64,000 nucleotides of DNA, from positions 992,001-1,056,000 of the forward strand of contig JBMNFY010000017.1 of NCBI GenBank assembly GCA_050949565.1. Reading direction: 5' to 3'. Below are positions 8,988 to 17,594 of the stretch, piece by piece. Each line of letters opens with the position of its first letter. Position 1 is the first letter of the stretch. The stretch is from Kiritimatiellia bacterium (GTDB taxonomy: Bacteria; Verrucomicrobiota; Kiritimatiellia; RFP12; UBA1067). Below the pieces are notes generated by a model. That model saw only the letters and a program-made list of their open reading frames with translations. It was not told the DNA's origin and made no database searches. Position numbers and translations under genes: made by a program.

Positions 8988-11713
8988 TACACTGTCGCGC
9001 GCGTGGCGGTCGAGCAGACCCCCAGCCACTCCATCGCCTCGAATTTCGCATGCAACATGCGCAGTTCCGCCACCGTAGCCGGCGGCTGTCCAGCGCGGGC
9101 GACCGTCACCGACCACCGTCCCGCATCGCCGCTGCCGAGCGTGGCCGTCACCGTGACCTGCGCCCACGTGTCCACCGGCAACTCGGCGACCACGCGCTCG
9201 GCCACGCCGAGTACGCCGTCCGCGCGCGCAGTGCGCGTACGCGCGATGATCTTGCCGTCCCTGAAGACCAGGCAGGGACCGACGCGATAATCGTTGCCGC
9301 CCGCATCCGGGTAGTCGCGCCACTCAGTGTAAAACTCCGCCCCGGCGCCCATGCGAACCGCAAAACGGTTTTCGACCACCGTGTTGCTGAAGGCGCAGCC
9401 AAAGGTGAAATGCGGATTGTACGCATGCGTCAGCCCCGGAGCATCCTGAATCTTGAGCGACTGCTTGCCGGAGAACGCCACCTCGTCGGTCACAGCAATG
9501 CTGTCTCCCTTTTTCTCCACATACGTCGTGACATTCGGGAACGACACCTTCGGTGGCAGACCGTCGAAGTTTTCATCCAGCCTGCGAATCACAAAGCGCG
9601 GCGGCTCGGGTGCGAACCGCAGCGGCACCGGACGCAAGCGCGCGGCCAACTGACGCCAAGCGCGCGATCCGTAAACGCCTGCGCGTTCGGCATCAAAGGG
9701 CTGGAACCCGGCCTCAACTGCCGGCGACCGCCCACGAAAACGGAAGTCCCCGTTCGCGGGATCCTTGAAGCGCGGATCGGCGATCTGCGACTGCGTATCC
9801 TGTCCTGCCGCGCGCCACGCTTCCCATGTGCCGCCGTTGAAGGCATTGCTCGCGATACCGTTCGGATTCCAGTAGGTGTTGGCGTTGACCACCACATCGG
9901 TCACGGTGCTCCCATCGCTGGCGTAGCCCCGCCAAAACGCCGCCGACGCATTGTCCCAGTAGATGATGTTGTTGGTGATGATGACCGTCGTGTGCGGCTC
10001 GATGCGCGACCGCTGGATCTGTCCGTTCATGCTGAAGGCCAGGATGTTGTTGCGGAACACGTTCTCCTTGCCGTAGTGCTGATGAATGCAGCCGGTTTTG
10101 ACATGGTGTACGAGATTGTTTTCATAGACCATGCCAGCGCTGCCTTCGTCCGTGTAGAGGCCCCAGCCGCCCCGTCCGGTGTAGTCATACGAGTAGACAT
10201 CATGAATGTGGTTGTTCGAGATGGCGCTGCCCTCGGAAAGGCCCAGCGTGTAGGTGCCGCCCATGTCGCTCAACACACCCTGCCCGATGTGGTGGATGTG
10301 GTTGAAGGCAATCGTATTGCGGTGGGTTGCGGTCTCGCGATAGCCCCACGTCCAGCCCATCGAGACCCCGGTGTAGAAAAAGTCGCCGATGTCGTTGTGC
10401 GTCACCTGGACGTCACTGGCGTGCCCGATCCAGACGCCGGTCGCGCCGGGGAAGACACGCCCGCCGACTTGCAAAATGTTATTGTCGATGACGATCCGGC
10501 CGGTGAGCAGATCCGGCAACTCCTCTTTGCTCCACTTCGAGTCGCCCACCCGCACCGCGCCGCCGCCGATGTCGGTGACATAGCAGCGCGTCAGTTCGCT
10601 CTCGCGGCATCCTTTGCGGAACCAGACCCCGTGCGTGCCGATGTGCGAAAAGGTGCAATCACGAAACGCAACCCGCCGCACGCCATCCAACTCGACCGCC
10701 GCCGACTGCCTAACCGCCGCTTGGGCGTCGCCCTGGCCGTTCGCCGGCAACGCATACGCCGTGTATGAAAAAGCGAGCCCCTCGAAGGCAAGGTCAGTGA
10801 CCCAGCGCCCCGCCGACGCATCGCCCCGCACGTGCAGAAAGGCAGACGCCACCGGCGCGACCGCCTCGACGCGATCAACCCGCTCGCCCGGCAACGGCAG
10901 GTAGCTCAGCACGCCGTCGCCATCGAGGTACCACTCGCCTGCCTCGTCCAGCGCCTCGGCAAAATTCTCAAGCTGATAGCGCGGCAGATAGCTCTTCCAG
11001 TAGAAGTAGGGCCACGGCGTGCTGGCTGTCGCCACCACGCGCCCGTTGGCGTCCACCGCCTGCACGCGCGCCTGGCTCACCTCCCAGGCGTGAAACACGC
11101 GTACCACGACATTCGAAAGTTCCGCGCGGCTCTTGCCGACAAGCGGCGCGATGTCCGCGCTGTCCGCCATGAATGCCCGCCGCGAGAGATCCGCGACACC
11201 GCCGGTCAACGGATCAACCCCGTACGCCACCGGCGCCTGCATATAGTAGTAGAACGCATTGGGTGAACGCGCACGCACGGCGCGCCGGCCATTGATGAAA
11301 AGCTGCTCGAAGCGGAGCGACGGATCAATCCGCGCGCGCCACACCCCGTCCGCGCCAGCCTGAAAGCGCGGCAGACGCCGCCCGCCGAAAAAGAGCGGAC
11401 GCGCCCCACGTTCCGCCGCGTAACGGATCGGCGCACTGGCCGCGCCCGAATCCTCGGGGGTGAATTCAACCGGCGCGTCCAACGCATATTCGCCGTCCGC
11501 AAACAGAACCTCGTACGCCTCCTCACGCGCGCCCTGCGCACGACACTGACGAATGCGGTCACGCGCCCCTTGCAACGTCGCAAGCGGACGTGCGCGGCTG
11601 CCCTCCCATCCGTCATCACCCTTGGGCGACACATAGAGCGTCGTCGCCGATGCAAACGCCGCCGCAAACATCAGACCCGCACACACCGCAACTCTCGCGT
11701 CAACTCCCGCCAT
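8951..11713 (-). CDS. Secreted right-handed parallel beta-helix protein (glycoside hydrolase or lyase-like)
   Basis: LYVSPKGDD...PLATLQGARD N-terminus and PbH1 repeats (SDMGGTYTLG, WGLYTDEGS). The start is set at MAGVDARV behind a GGGAGG RBS. Confidence 0.85.
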   Translation of the reverse strand: MAGVDARVAVCAGLMFAAAFASATTLYVSPKGDDGWEGSRARPLATLQGARDRIRQCRAQGAREEAYEVLFADGEYALDAPVEFTPEDSGAASAPIRYAAERGARPLFFGGRRLPRFQAGADGVWRARIDPSLRFEQLFINGRRAVRARSPNAFYYYMQAPVAYGVDPLTGGVADLSRRAFMADSADIAPLVGKSRAELSNVVVRVFHAWEVSQARVQAVDANGRVVATASTPWPYFYWKSYLPRYQLENFAEALDEAGEWYLDGDGVLSYLPLPGERVDRVEAVAPVASAFLHVRGDASAGRWVTDLAFEGLAFSYTAYALPANGQGDAQAAVRQSAAVELDGVRRVAFRDCTFSHIGTHGVWFRKGCRESELTRCYVTDIGGGAVRVGDSKWSKEELPDLLTGRIVIDNNILQVGGRVFPGATGVWIGHASDVQVTHNDIGDFFYTGVSMGWTWGYRETATHRNTIAFNHIHHIGQGVLSDMGGTYTLGLSEGSAISNNHIHDVYSYDYTGRGGWGLYTDEGSAGMVYENNLVHHVKTGCIHQHYGKENVFRNNILAFSMNGQIQRSRIEPHTTVIITNNIIYWDNASAAFWRGYASDGSTVTDVVVNANTYWNPNGIASNAFNGGTWEAWRAAGQDTQSQIADPRFKDPANGDFRFRGRSPAVEAGFQPFDAERAGVYGSRAWRQLAARLRPVPLRFAPEPPRFVIRRLDENFDGLPPKVSFPNVTTYVEKKGDSIAVTDEVAFSGKQSLKIQDAPGLTHAYNPHFTFGCAFSNTVVENRFAVRMGAGAEFYTEWRDYPDAGGNDYRVGPCLVFRDGKIIARTRTARADGVLGVAERVVAELPVDTWAQVTVTATLGSGDAGRWSVTVARAGQPPATVAELRMLHAKFEAMEWLGVCSTATRATVYYLDDFAFGEKR

Positions 11714-11715
11714 GA

Positions 11716-12195
11716 TTATACCTCCCGCTGATTCACCGCATCCAGCAGCAACGCCAGCGCATGTTCCGTCGCTTGGAGACGCACCGCATCGCGATCCCCC
11801 GCAAAGATTTTGTGCCCCGTACGCACGCCATCCGCCGCCGCCAAACCGAAGCAGACCAGGCCGACCGGCTTCTCCGGCGTGCCGCCCGTCGGCCCGGCGA
11901 TGCCGGTCACCGAGACCGCCAGATCCGTCCCCAGCCGACGGCGCACGCCATCCGCCATCGCGGCGGCGCACCTCTCGCTCACCGCGCCCGCCTGTTCCAG
12001 CACCGGCTCCGGCACACCGAGCAACGTCATCTTCGCCGCATTGGCATAACTGACGATACCCCCCAGAAAAACCGCCGAAGCGCCGGACACCGCCGTGATC
12101 CGCGCCGCGACCATCCCGCCGGTACACGACTCCGCCGTCGCCAGCGTCACGCCGCACGCAACACACCTCTCAACCAACCGACTCGCAAGTTCCAT
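11716..12195 (-). CDS. pncC: Nicotinamide-nucleotide amidohydrolase (CinA C-terminal domain)
   Basis: LATAESCTGG, GAVSE and VTGIAGPTGGTPEKPVGLV motifs. Confidence 0.9.
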   Translation of the reverse strand: MELASRLVERCVACGVTLATAESCTGGMVAARITAVSGASAVFLGGIVSYANAAKMTLLGVPEPVLEQAGAVSERCAAAMADGVRRRLGTDLAVSVTGIAGPTGGTPEKPVGLVCFGLAAADGVRTGHKIFAGDRDAVRLQATEHALALLLDAVNQREV

Positions 12196-12249
12196 CTCTG
12201 CCCCCCTTAAAAAGCCAGATTATCATAGATCGCAACGCGAATGTCTACC

Positions 12250-12275
12250 CCCCAGACACGGAGGTCTGGGGCCAC
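12250..12275. repeat. REP palindrome of the RAYT-island family
   Basis: CCCCAGACACGGAGGTCTGGGGCCAC, followed by two 21-nt half copies. The same family occurs at 13922, 15250 and 15600-15686. Confidence 0.8.
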
Positions 12276-12399
12276 GAGATGGAGGGCCGGGGCAACGAGA
12301 TGGAGGGCCGTGCGAGCCGAGCGCGTGTTGTATGTGTGCGCCGTCGGGCGCGGGCGTCCCCGCCGCTGAAAATTGAGCCTAAAAAGAGCAGTTGAACCT

Positions 12400-12570
12400 T
12401 CAACTCTCTTTGGTTTCTGGTTTCATGGTTTCAAGGTTTCATGGTTTCAAGGTTTCATCCAAATCGGGATCGGGATCGCTATCGGGATCGATTGTTTAAC
12501 CACGGAACACACCGAACACACGGAAAGGCATGGTTCTGTTTCCGTGTGTTTAGTGTGTTCCGTGTGTTAA
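12400..12570. repeat. Mosaic of short-period repeats
   Basis: GGTTTCA(T/A) octamer tandem and ATCGGG hexamer tandem, then inverted arms TTAACCACGGAACACACCGAACACACGGAA ... TTCCGTGTGTTTAGTGTGTTCCGTGTGTTAA. Confidence 0.75.
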
Positions 12571-12695
12571 GTCACGGCTCCAGGTTAACACTTGGTTCTT
12601 GATGGTTGGTTGAACATTGATGACATAGGTCGCGGAGCCCAAGCCACCAATCACAAAGGCGACTGTGACGGGTCGCGCAACACCGTGCGCGCCCC

Positions 12696-12732
12696 GTCAC
12701 AGTCGCCTTTCGGCTGAATCGCTGTTTTGGAC
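12696..12732 (-). CRISPR. Solitary CRISPR-repeat-like 37-mer with a leader-like tract (not an array)
   Basis: Minus strand GTCCAAAACAGCGATTCAGCCGAAAGGCGACTGTGAC has GT..AC ends and an internal GCC-GAAA-GGC hairpin. It is preceded by an A-rich tract (12733-12790) and lies directly downstream of CARF genes. Only one full copy is present. Confidence 0.4.
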
Positions 12733-12829
12733 TGTAGCACTTTTTTAGGTGGTTTTACAAGGATTTTTTGATGATTTTCGGCGGTTTTCGGAGGCAGACG
12801 CCCCCCCAAAAAACCTCTGCGTCTCTGCG

Positions 12830-13909
12830 TTAAATAGACTCCGGTAGCGGCGTAGGCGGGATGCCGACCAGATCGACCGCCAGGCTAAAAAAGGTGCGTG
12901 CTTCTCTGGTGTTCGCCGGACGTATCGCGTGTGTCGCTTCGTTGCGGATGTCGCAGTACTTTTTGAGCTTGCCGCTGAAATTCGTGCCGAAGGGATGCCC
13001 TAAATCGTTGAGTATTTTGACGATGTTCTGGAGACCAAGCGTCATATCGCGGCCTTTGCCTTCGGAGACAAATGACGTGCGCAACCCATCGATCTGCGCT
13101 CTTTCGTAACGGCCATCCCCGTCGGGCTTGATTCCGGTCTTTTCTTCAAGAAAAAGGCGGGCGGCGTGTTCGAGTGCCTTGTAGGTCAGGCAGAACGAAC
13201 CGTCTGGATCGTCGTGGCGCAGGGCGTGATCCGACCATGCAAGAATATCGGCCACGATATCGCGCGGCGCACGATTCTCAAGGCGTTTGTCATAAGCCTT
13301 GGCGCGGTCATAATCGAAGCGTCGCCAATGGTGACAGGTGTAGGCGGTCGCCCACTCTTTGGCATGCGTCTGGTTGTGCGGCCTGAGAATGCGTTCGGCG
13401 GCGTAGAAGTCGCCCGCGTCAAAAAAGTCACGCGCAAGCACCAAATCCCGCTCGCGGAAATAACCGGCTGGGTTGAAGGCGGTGATGCGCTCGGTGCCGG
13501 TCTTGACGACGCCGTCGGCTCGATCGCCGGTGGTGAACACGATGTCGCCGATCTGTTCGTCGAGCGCGGCCAACGTGGCGGCGGCGGTCATCTGCTTGGT
13601 GCCGGATGTCGGGTTGACGAGCAGGCGCTCGCCCTCCTTCACCTGGCCGCGCACCCGGCGTATCACCGAGCGGATATGCTGCCGGGAGGATTCCAGGTCG
13701 TCCGGATGTTCCAGCGGGAAGCGCCCGCCGTACGAAGCGTGGCCTTCGGCGATCAGGTCGGCGATGGCCAGCGAGTCCGGCGCGGTCGAAGGGACGAGCC
13801 AGAACTTGCGGGGGTTGAGCAGCTCGAGCGTGCGGCGCAAGCCGGAGGCGAGGTCAGAGTGTCTGCCGGCTGTGCCGGTGCCGACGGTGAGGATGAGTAG
13901 GTTTGTCAT
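12830..13909 (-). CDS. CARF-HEPN protein (Csm6/TIGR02710-like)
   Basis: CARF motifs LLILTVGTG and LVNPTSGTKQMTAA, a helical middle region, and a C-terminal HEPN RxxxxH motif (RNEATH). Confidence 0.8.
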   Translation of the reverse strand: MTNLLILTVGTGTAGRHSDLASGLRRTLELLNPRKFWLVPSTAPDSLAIADLIAEGHASYGGRFPLEHPDDLESSRQHIRSVIRRVRGQVKEGERLLVNPTSGTKQMTAAATLAALDEQIGDIVFTTGDRADGVVKTGTERITAFNPAGYFRERDLVLARDFFDAGDFYAAERILRPHNQTHAKEWATAYTCHHWRRFDYDRAKAYDKRLENRAPRDIVADILAWSDHALRHDDPDGSFCLTYKALEHAARLFLEEKTGIKPDGDGRYERAQIDGLRTSFVSEGKGRDMTLGLQNIVKILNDLGHPFGTNFSGKLKKYCDIRNEATHAIRPANTREARTFFSLAVDLVGIPPTPLPESI

Positions 13910-13921
13910 GGGTGTTCCTTT

Positions 13922-13949
13922 CCCCCCGGACACGGAGGTCCGGGGGCAC
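13922..13949. repeat. REP palindrome of the RAYT-island family
   Basis: CCCCCCGGACACGGAGGTCCGGGGGCAC, located between the two CARF genes. Confidence 0.8.
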
Positions 13950-13970
13950 GAGAACGGGGTGACGAGATGG

Positions 13971-15232
13971 TTAGCAAAGCAGAGCCTCAAACTTCGTGAT
14001 GGCGTCGCCGAGATCCTTTTTCAGCTTTTCTGCCTTCCTGGCATTGTGGCTGTGGCCGCCGTGATTGATGTCGTTTCGCCCTTGCGTCAAAGTATCATAG
14101 TGCTTCTCCACCTCCGGATCGATTTTGTCCTTTAGTTTCTCGGCCAGTCCGCTATCCTCTTTCTTCCAAGAGCCGGTTCTCCAAGCGAGCAGCGCTGAAG
14201 TATATTCACGGCGCTTCACTTCATCTTCGCGTTTGGGGTAGAGCCTTTTCAGGTCAGCGACGAACTCCTGCGCGTAGTACGAGACGATCGTCTCCTGCAA
14301 AAGCGTGTAGCCTTGCGGGATCAAATCGTGCTCATACGCCCAGCGCGCCGCGCGTATGCCGTTTTTCAAATCTTTGTCCTGATACGCCGCGAAAACGTCG
14401 CCCAACCCTGCCAACACCGGCTTCAACTGCGGTAGCTCGCTACATTGCGTTGCCGGTCCCAACTGATTCAAAATGTTCGACTCGAAATTGAAATCCTGAA
14501 TATCTTTGCAACGGCTGGAATGAACCATCTGTGTGAACTTGTTAAGAGCGCCGGTTAAACTACGCAGCGCGAGTAATTCATCGGTGCGCGTCTCCTCTTT
14601 CGCGGCCAATGGTTTAGTGTCTTGCCAGGCGAGTCTGTTCAGATCGCCGGCATCGCCGAAGCGCTTGAAATCGCGGATCGCCTTCACCCAGTCATTAAGT
14701 TGAAAGAACGGGGTCAGGTCGAAGATCGGAGCGCGGCGATCAGCGGGATCGGGATACTCTTTCTCCACATCAGCCGCCCTGCCCAGCACTTCGAAGGCGC
14801 CGTAGTAGCACCCGACCAGCTTCGTGCCCTTTACGACTTCGAGGTAGTTGAGCAGCACGGACATTATCAGCGGCAGGGAGCGGAAGGAGTGGGTGACATC
14901 AAAAACGATCTCTGCCTCTTCGGGAATGTGTTCGTTGACCGTTTCAAAAATCTCCCAAAACTCTTCGACGCTGGAGCCGCCCGGTATGCCGACCTTCTCT
15001 GGCTCGGGCAATCCGTGCGTGTCAAATTCCGCGCATAGCTTCTGCCAATGCGTTTCCGCAGCATCCCGCGTACAGAAAATGAGCGTTTTTCTGCGCCGCA
15101 GGCTACAAGCTTGCGCATGGCGGTCTGCACATAGGTGACCACTCCCGAATCGCTGGCGGGGGCATCGGGCTTGAGATAGACACAGGGCTTATAGGTGCCG
15201 GTGCCGAGGAACGATACGTAGGTTTTTTTCAT
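13971..15232 (-). CDS. csx1: Csx1-family CARF-HEPN ribonuclease (TIGR02221/TM1812-like), frameshifted at ~15088
   Basis: N-terminal YVSFLGTGTYK, the DxTH motif FDVTHSFRSLP, YYGAFE, IFDLTPF and HEPN RNDINHGG. Adding one A to the A5 run (15086-15090) joins ORFs 14867-15232 and 13971-15011 into ...GAEKTLIFCTRDAAETHW... Confidence 0.85.
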
Positions 15233-15249
15233 GGTTGTTTCTCCTCTCC

Positions 15250-15276
15250 GCCCCGGACACGAAGGACCGGGGCTAC
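15250..15276. repeat. REP palindrome with 5' GTAG on the minus strand
   Basis: Minus strand GTAGCCCCGGTCCTTCGTGTCCGGGGC, located between the RAYT and csx1. Confidence 0.8.
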
Positions 15277-15289
15277 GATAATGGGGTGG

Positions 15290-16228
15290 CTAGGGTGGGG
15301 TGTGGGTTTTTAGCAGGGTTTCGAGTGTGCCGCCGGGGCGGATGTAGCCGTGCGTGATACGCGCGGCGCGATCCAGCACATAGCGGTTGCACCAGATGGC
15401 GCGTTGTTTGTTGATACCGGTGCCGGGTGCCGAGGGCGAGAGCACCAGCGCCCAGCCCTCCGCACAGGCACGCGCGACAGCAGGCGGCAACCGCTTCGGT
15501 ATGCCGCCGGGCATGACGTGTATAAAGGGGCGCCGCACAGCCAGGCAACGCGCCAGCACACCGCGCTCCTGCGGGCTGGTAAAGGTAGAAATAACAGGTG
15601 CTGGACACGGAGGGGCTGGACACGGAGGTCCAGCCTTACGATATCGAGTGTCCGTATCGTGGGGCCGGACCTCCGCGTCCGGCCCCTCTGAGGCCACATA
15701 CGCCACCAGCGCCTCATGCAGCAACTCGAGATTGCCGCAGTGGTAGGTAGTCACGGGGCCGAAACGGTCGTTATCCCAGCGGGCGGGATTGTCACGCACA
15801 TAGGCGCGGATGTTCTCAAGCTCGCGGCGCGAGGTGATCAGGTTGTCATAGTAGCTGGACATCCAGAGACTGGTGCCGATGTCCGGGCACTGTCCGGCCC
15901 GGACGGCGGCGTGGTACAGATGCGTCGTGAAGCTTTTGAACCCCTGTATCAGGTAAGAGAGGTGGTTGGGTTTGTTTGTCGGGCGGCGGTGAATGCGGAT
16001 CACGGCGTGAAAGTGATTGGGCATCACGACGGATGCGTCGCGGTATGCCTCCGGATGACGCGCAAACATGCCCTCCCAACTGCTTCCGACCTTCTCTCCC
16101 AGAGCGTTCAACTCGCACTTGTCATCCGCAATGACACCGAACATCGTCTTGTTCTGCGCGACCTGCATCGTGACAAAGAACCAGCCGTCGGAGTAGTTGA
16201 TGTTCGAATTGCGGAGCGGGTTGGACAT
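15290..16228 (-). CDS. REP-associated tyrosine transposase (RAYT, Y1 HUH) fused to a C-terminal DprA/SLOG-like domain
   Basis: FFVT, HUH motif VMPNHFHAVI, GFKSFT, LWxxSYYDxxI and catalytic Tyr in RAYVRDNP. The tail reads GNLELL...VISTFTSPQE...FIHV...LVLSP...NRYV. Confidence 0.85.
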   Translation of the reverse strand: MSNPLRNSNINYSDGWFFVTMQVAQNKTMFGVIADDKCELNALGEKVGSSWEGMFARHPEAYRDASVVMPNHFHAVIRIHRRPTNKPNHLSYLIQGFKSFTTHLYHAAVRAGQCPDIGTSLWMSSYYDNLITSRRELENIRAYVRDNPARWDNDRFGPVTTYHCGNLELLHEALVAYVASEGPDAEVRPHDTDTRYRKAGPPCPAPPCPAPVISTFTSPQERGVLARCLAVRRPFIHVMPGGIPKRLPPAVARACAEGWALVLSPSAPGTGINKQRAIWCNRYVLDRAARITHGYIRPGGTLETLLKTHTPP

Positions 16229-16248
16229 GGGGCCTTACCTGTGGTCGC

Positions 16249-16278
16249 ATGGTAAACCAGCAAGACGGATAAAGTCAA
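16249..16278 (-). promoter_or_regulatory. Putative sigma70 promoter of the RAYT-CARF genes
   Basis: Minus strand TTGACT-N18-TACCAT, 20 nt upstream of the RAYT ATG. Confidence 0.5.
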
Positions 16279-16514
16279 ACCCACATTCGGAAAGGGGAAA
16301 AGCGAGCAGTTAAAGCCAATCCGGACCGGGTCTAATTTGGTGAATCTGGCCGTTTCGTCGAAGCGGCCAGATTCACTTGAACCCACAAATTGCCGATTTT
16401 GGTCACTTTTCCCCTGTTTCTGCTTGACCCAACGGGGTTTATCATAGAAACTACCGAATTACCGCGCCCTTGTGGCGTGATGGAGAACGTTTGTTCCACG
16501 GGAAAGAACGCGCG

Positions 16515-17537
16515 ATGTTCAATAAGCTTTTGGCCTTTTTATCCAGCGATATCGGGATTGATCTCGGAACCGCGAATACCTTGGTGTTTGTCAAGGATCG
16601 CGGGGTCGTGATACGGGAGCCGTCTGTCGTTGCCATTCAAGAGGGCACCAAACGGATTTTGGCGGTCGGCGAAGAGGCCAGACGCATGTTGGGCCGTACG
16701 CCGGCGCATATTGTGGCGATGCGGCCCATGGAGTCGGGCGTGATCGCAGACTTTGATATCACGGAGGCGATGATCCGCTACTTCATTCGCAAGGTCCATT
16801 CGACCAAGCTGGTGAAGCCGCGCGTGATTGTGGCAGTGCCGAGCAATATCACGGAAGTGGAGAAACGCGCCGTGCAGGAATCGGCGCGCCACGCGGGTGC
16901 CCGCGAGGTCTTCCTGATTGAAGAACCGATGGCGGCTGCTATCGGTGTCGGGTTGCCCGTGTCTGAGCCGGCCGGTAACATGATCGTCGATATCGGCGGT
17001 GGAACCTGCGAGGTCGCGTTGATCTCGCTGGCCGGCATCGTGTACTCGCGAAGCGTCCGCATCGGCGGCGACGCGATGGACAAATGTATCGTCCAGTACA
17101 TGCGAAGAGTTTACAATCTGTTGATTGGAGAGCGAACCGCGGAAGAAATTAAAATCACCATCGGTTCGGCTTATTCTTTGGGTGAGGAGTGTACGCTGGA
17201 AGTCAAGGGCCGCGACCTGGTGGCCGGGCTTCCCAAAACCCTGACTGTCACTTCGGAAGAAATTCGTGACGCTTTGCAGGAGCCGGTCTCCGCAATCGTT
17301 GAAGCCGTGCGGATCACGCTGGAGAGGTGTCCGCCGGAACTGTCGGCCGACCTTGTTGACCGGGGCCTTATCCTGGCGGGCGGCGGTTCCATGCTGCGTG
17401 GCTTGGACAAGTTGATCGCGTCACAGACAGGACTGCCCGTCACGCTGGCCGACGACCCGTTGAGCGCGGTCGTGGAGGGGACGGGAGTGGTGTTGAATGA
17501 GCTGAATTTCCTGGCCAAGTCGAAAATGGGCCGGTGA
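16515..17537 (+). CDS. mreB: Rod shape-determining protein MreB
   Basis: DIGIDLGTANT, IEEPMAAAIG and VDIGGGT motifs. Confidence 0.97.
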   Translation: MFNKLLAFLSSDIGIDLGTANTLVFVKDRGVVIREPSVVAIQEGTKRILAVGEEARRMLGRTPAHIVAMRPMESGVIADFDITEAMIRYFIRKVHSTKLVKPRVIVAVPSNITEVEKRAVQESARHAGAREVFLIEEPMAAAIGVGLPVSEPAGNMIVDIGGGTCEVALISLAGIVYSRSVRIGGDAMDKCIVQYMRRVYNLLIGERTAEEIKITIGSAYSLGEECTLEVKGRDLVAGLPKTLTVTSEEIRDALQEPVSAIVEAVRITLERCPPELSADLVDRGLILAGGGSMLRGLDKLIASQTGLPVTLADDPLSAVVEGTGVVLNELNFLAKSKMGR

Positions 17538-17594
17538 TTTTCTGCGGTTGCTTTCTGGTCTCTGCCAGCCCGGTAAAACGGGGGAGCGACCAGG

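Noticed and set aside
11714-12166. N-terminal extension of ORF 8951..12166 (1071 aa)
   Set aside because: It overlaps pncC in another frame. The RBS and signal peptide point to a start at 11713.
12830-15232. Complete type III CRISPR-Cas system
   Set aside because: No cas10, csm/cmr, cas6, cas1/cas2 or multi-repeat array is present in the window.
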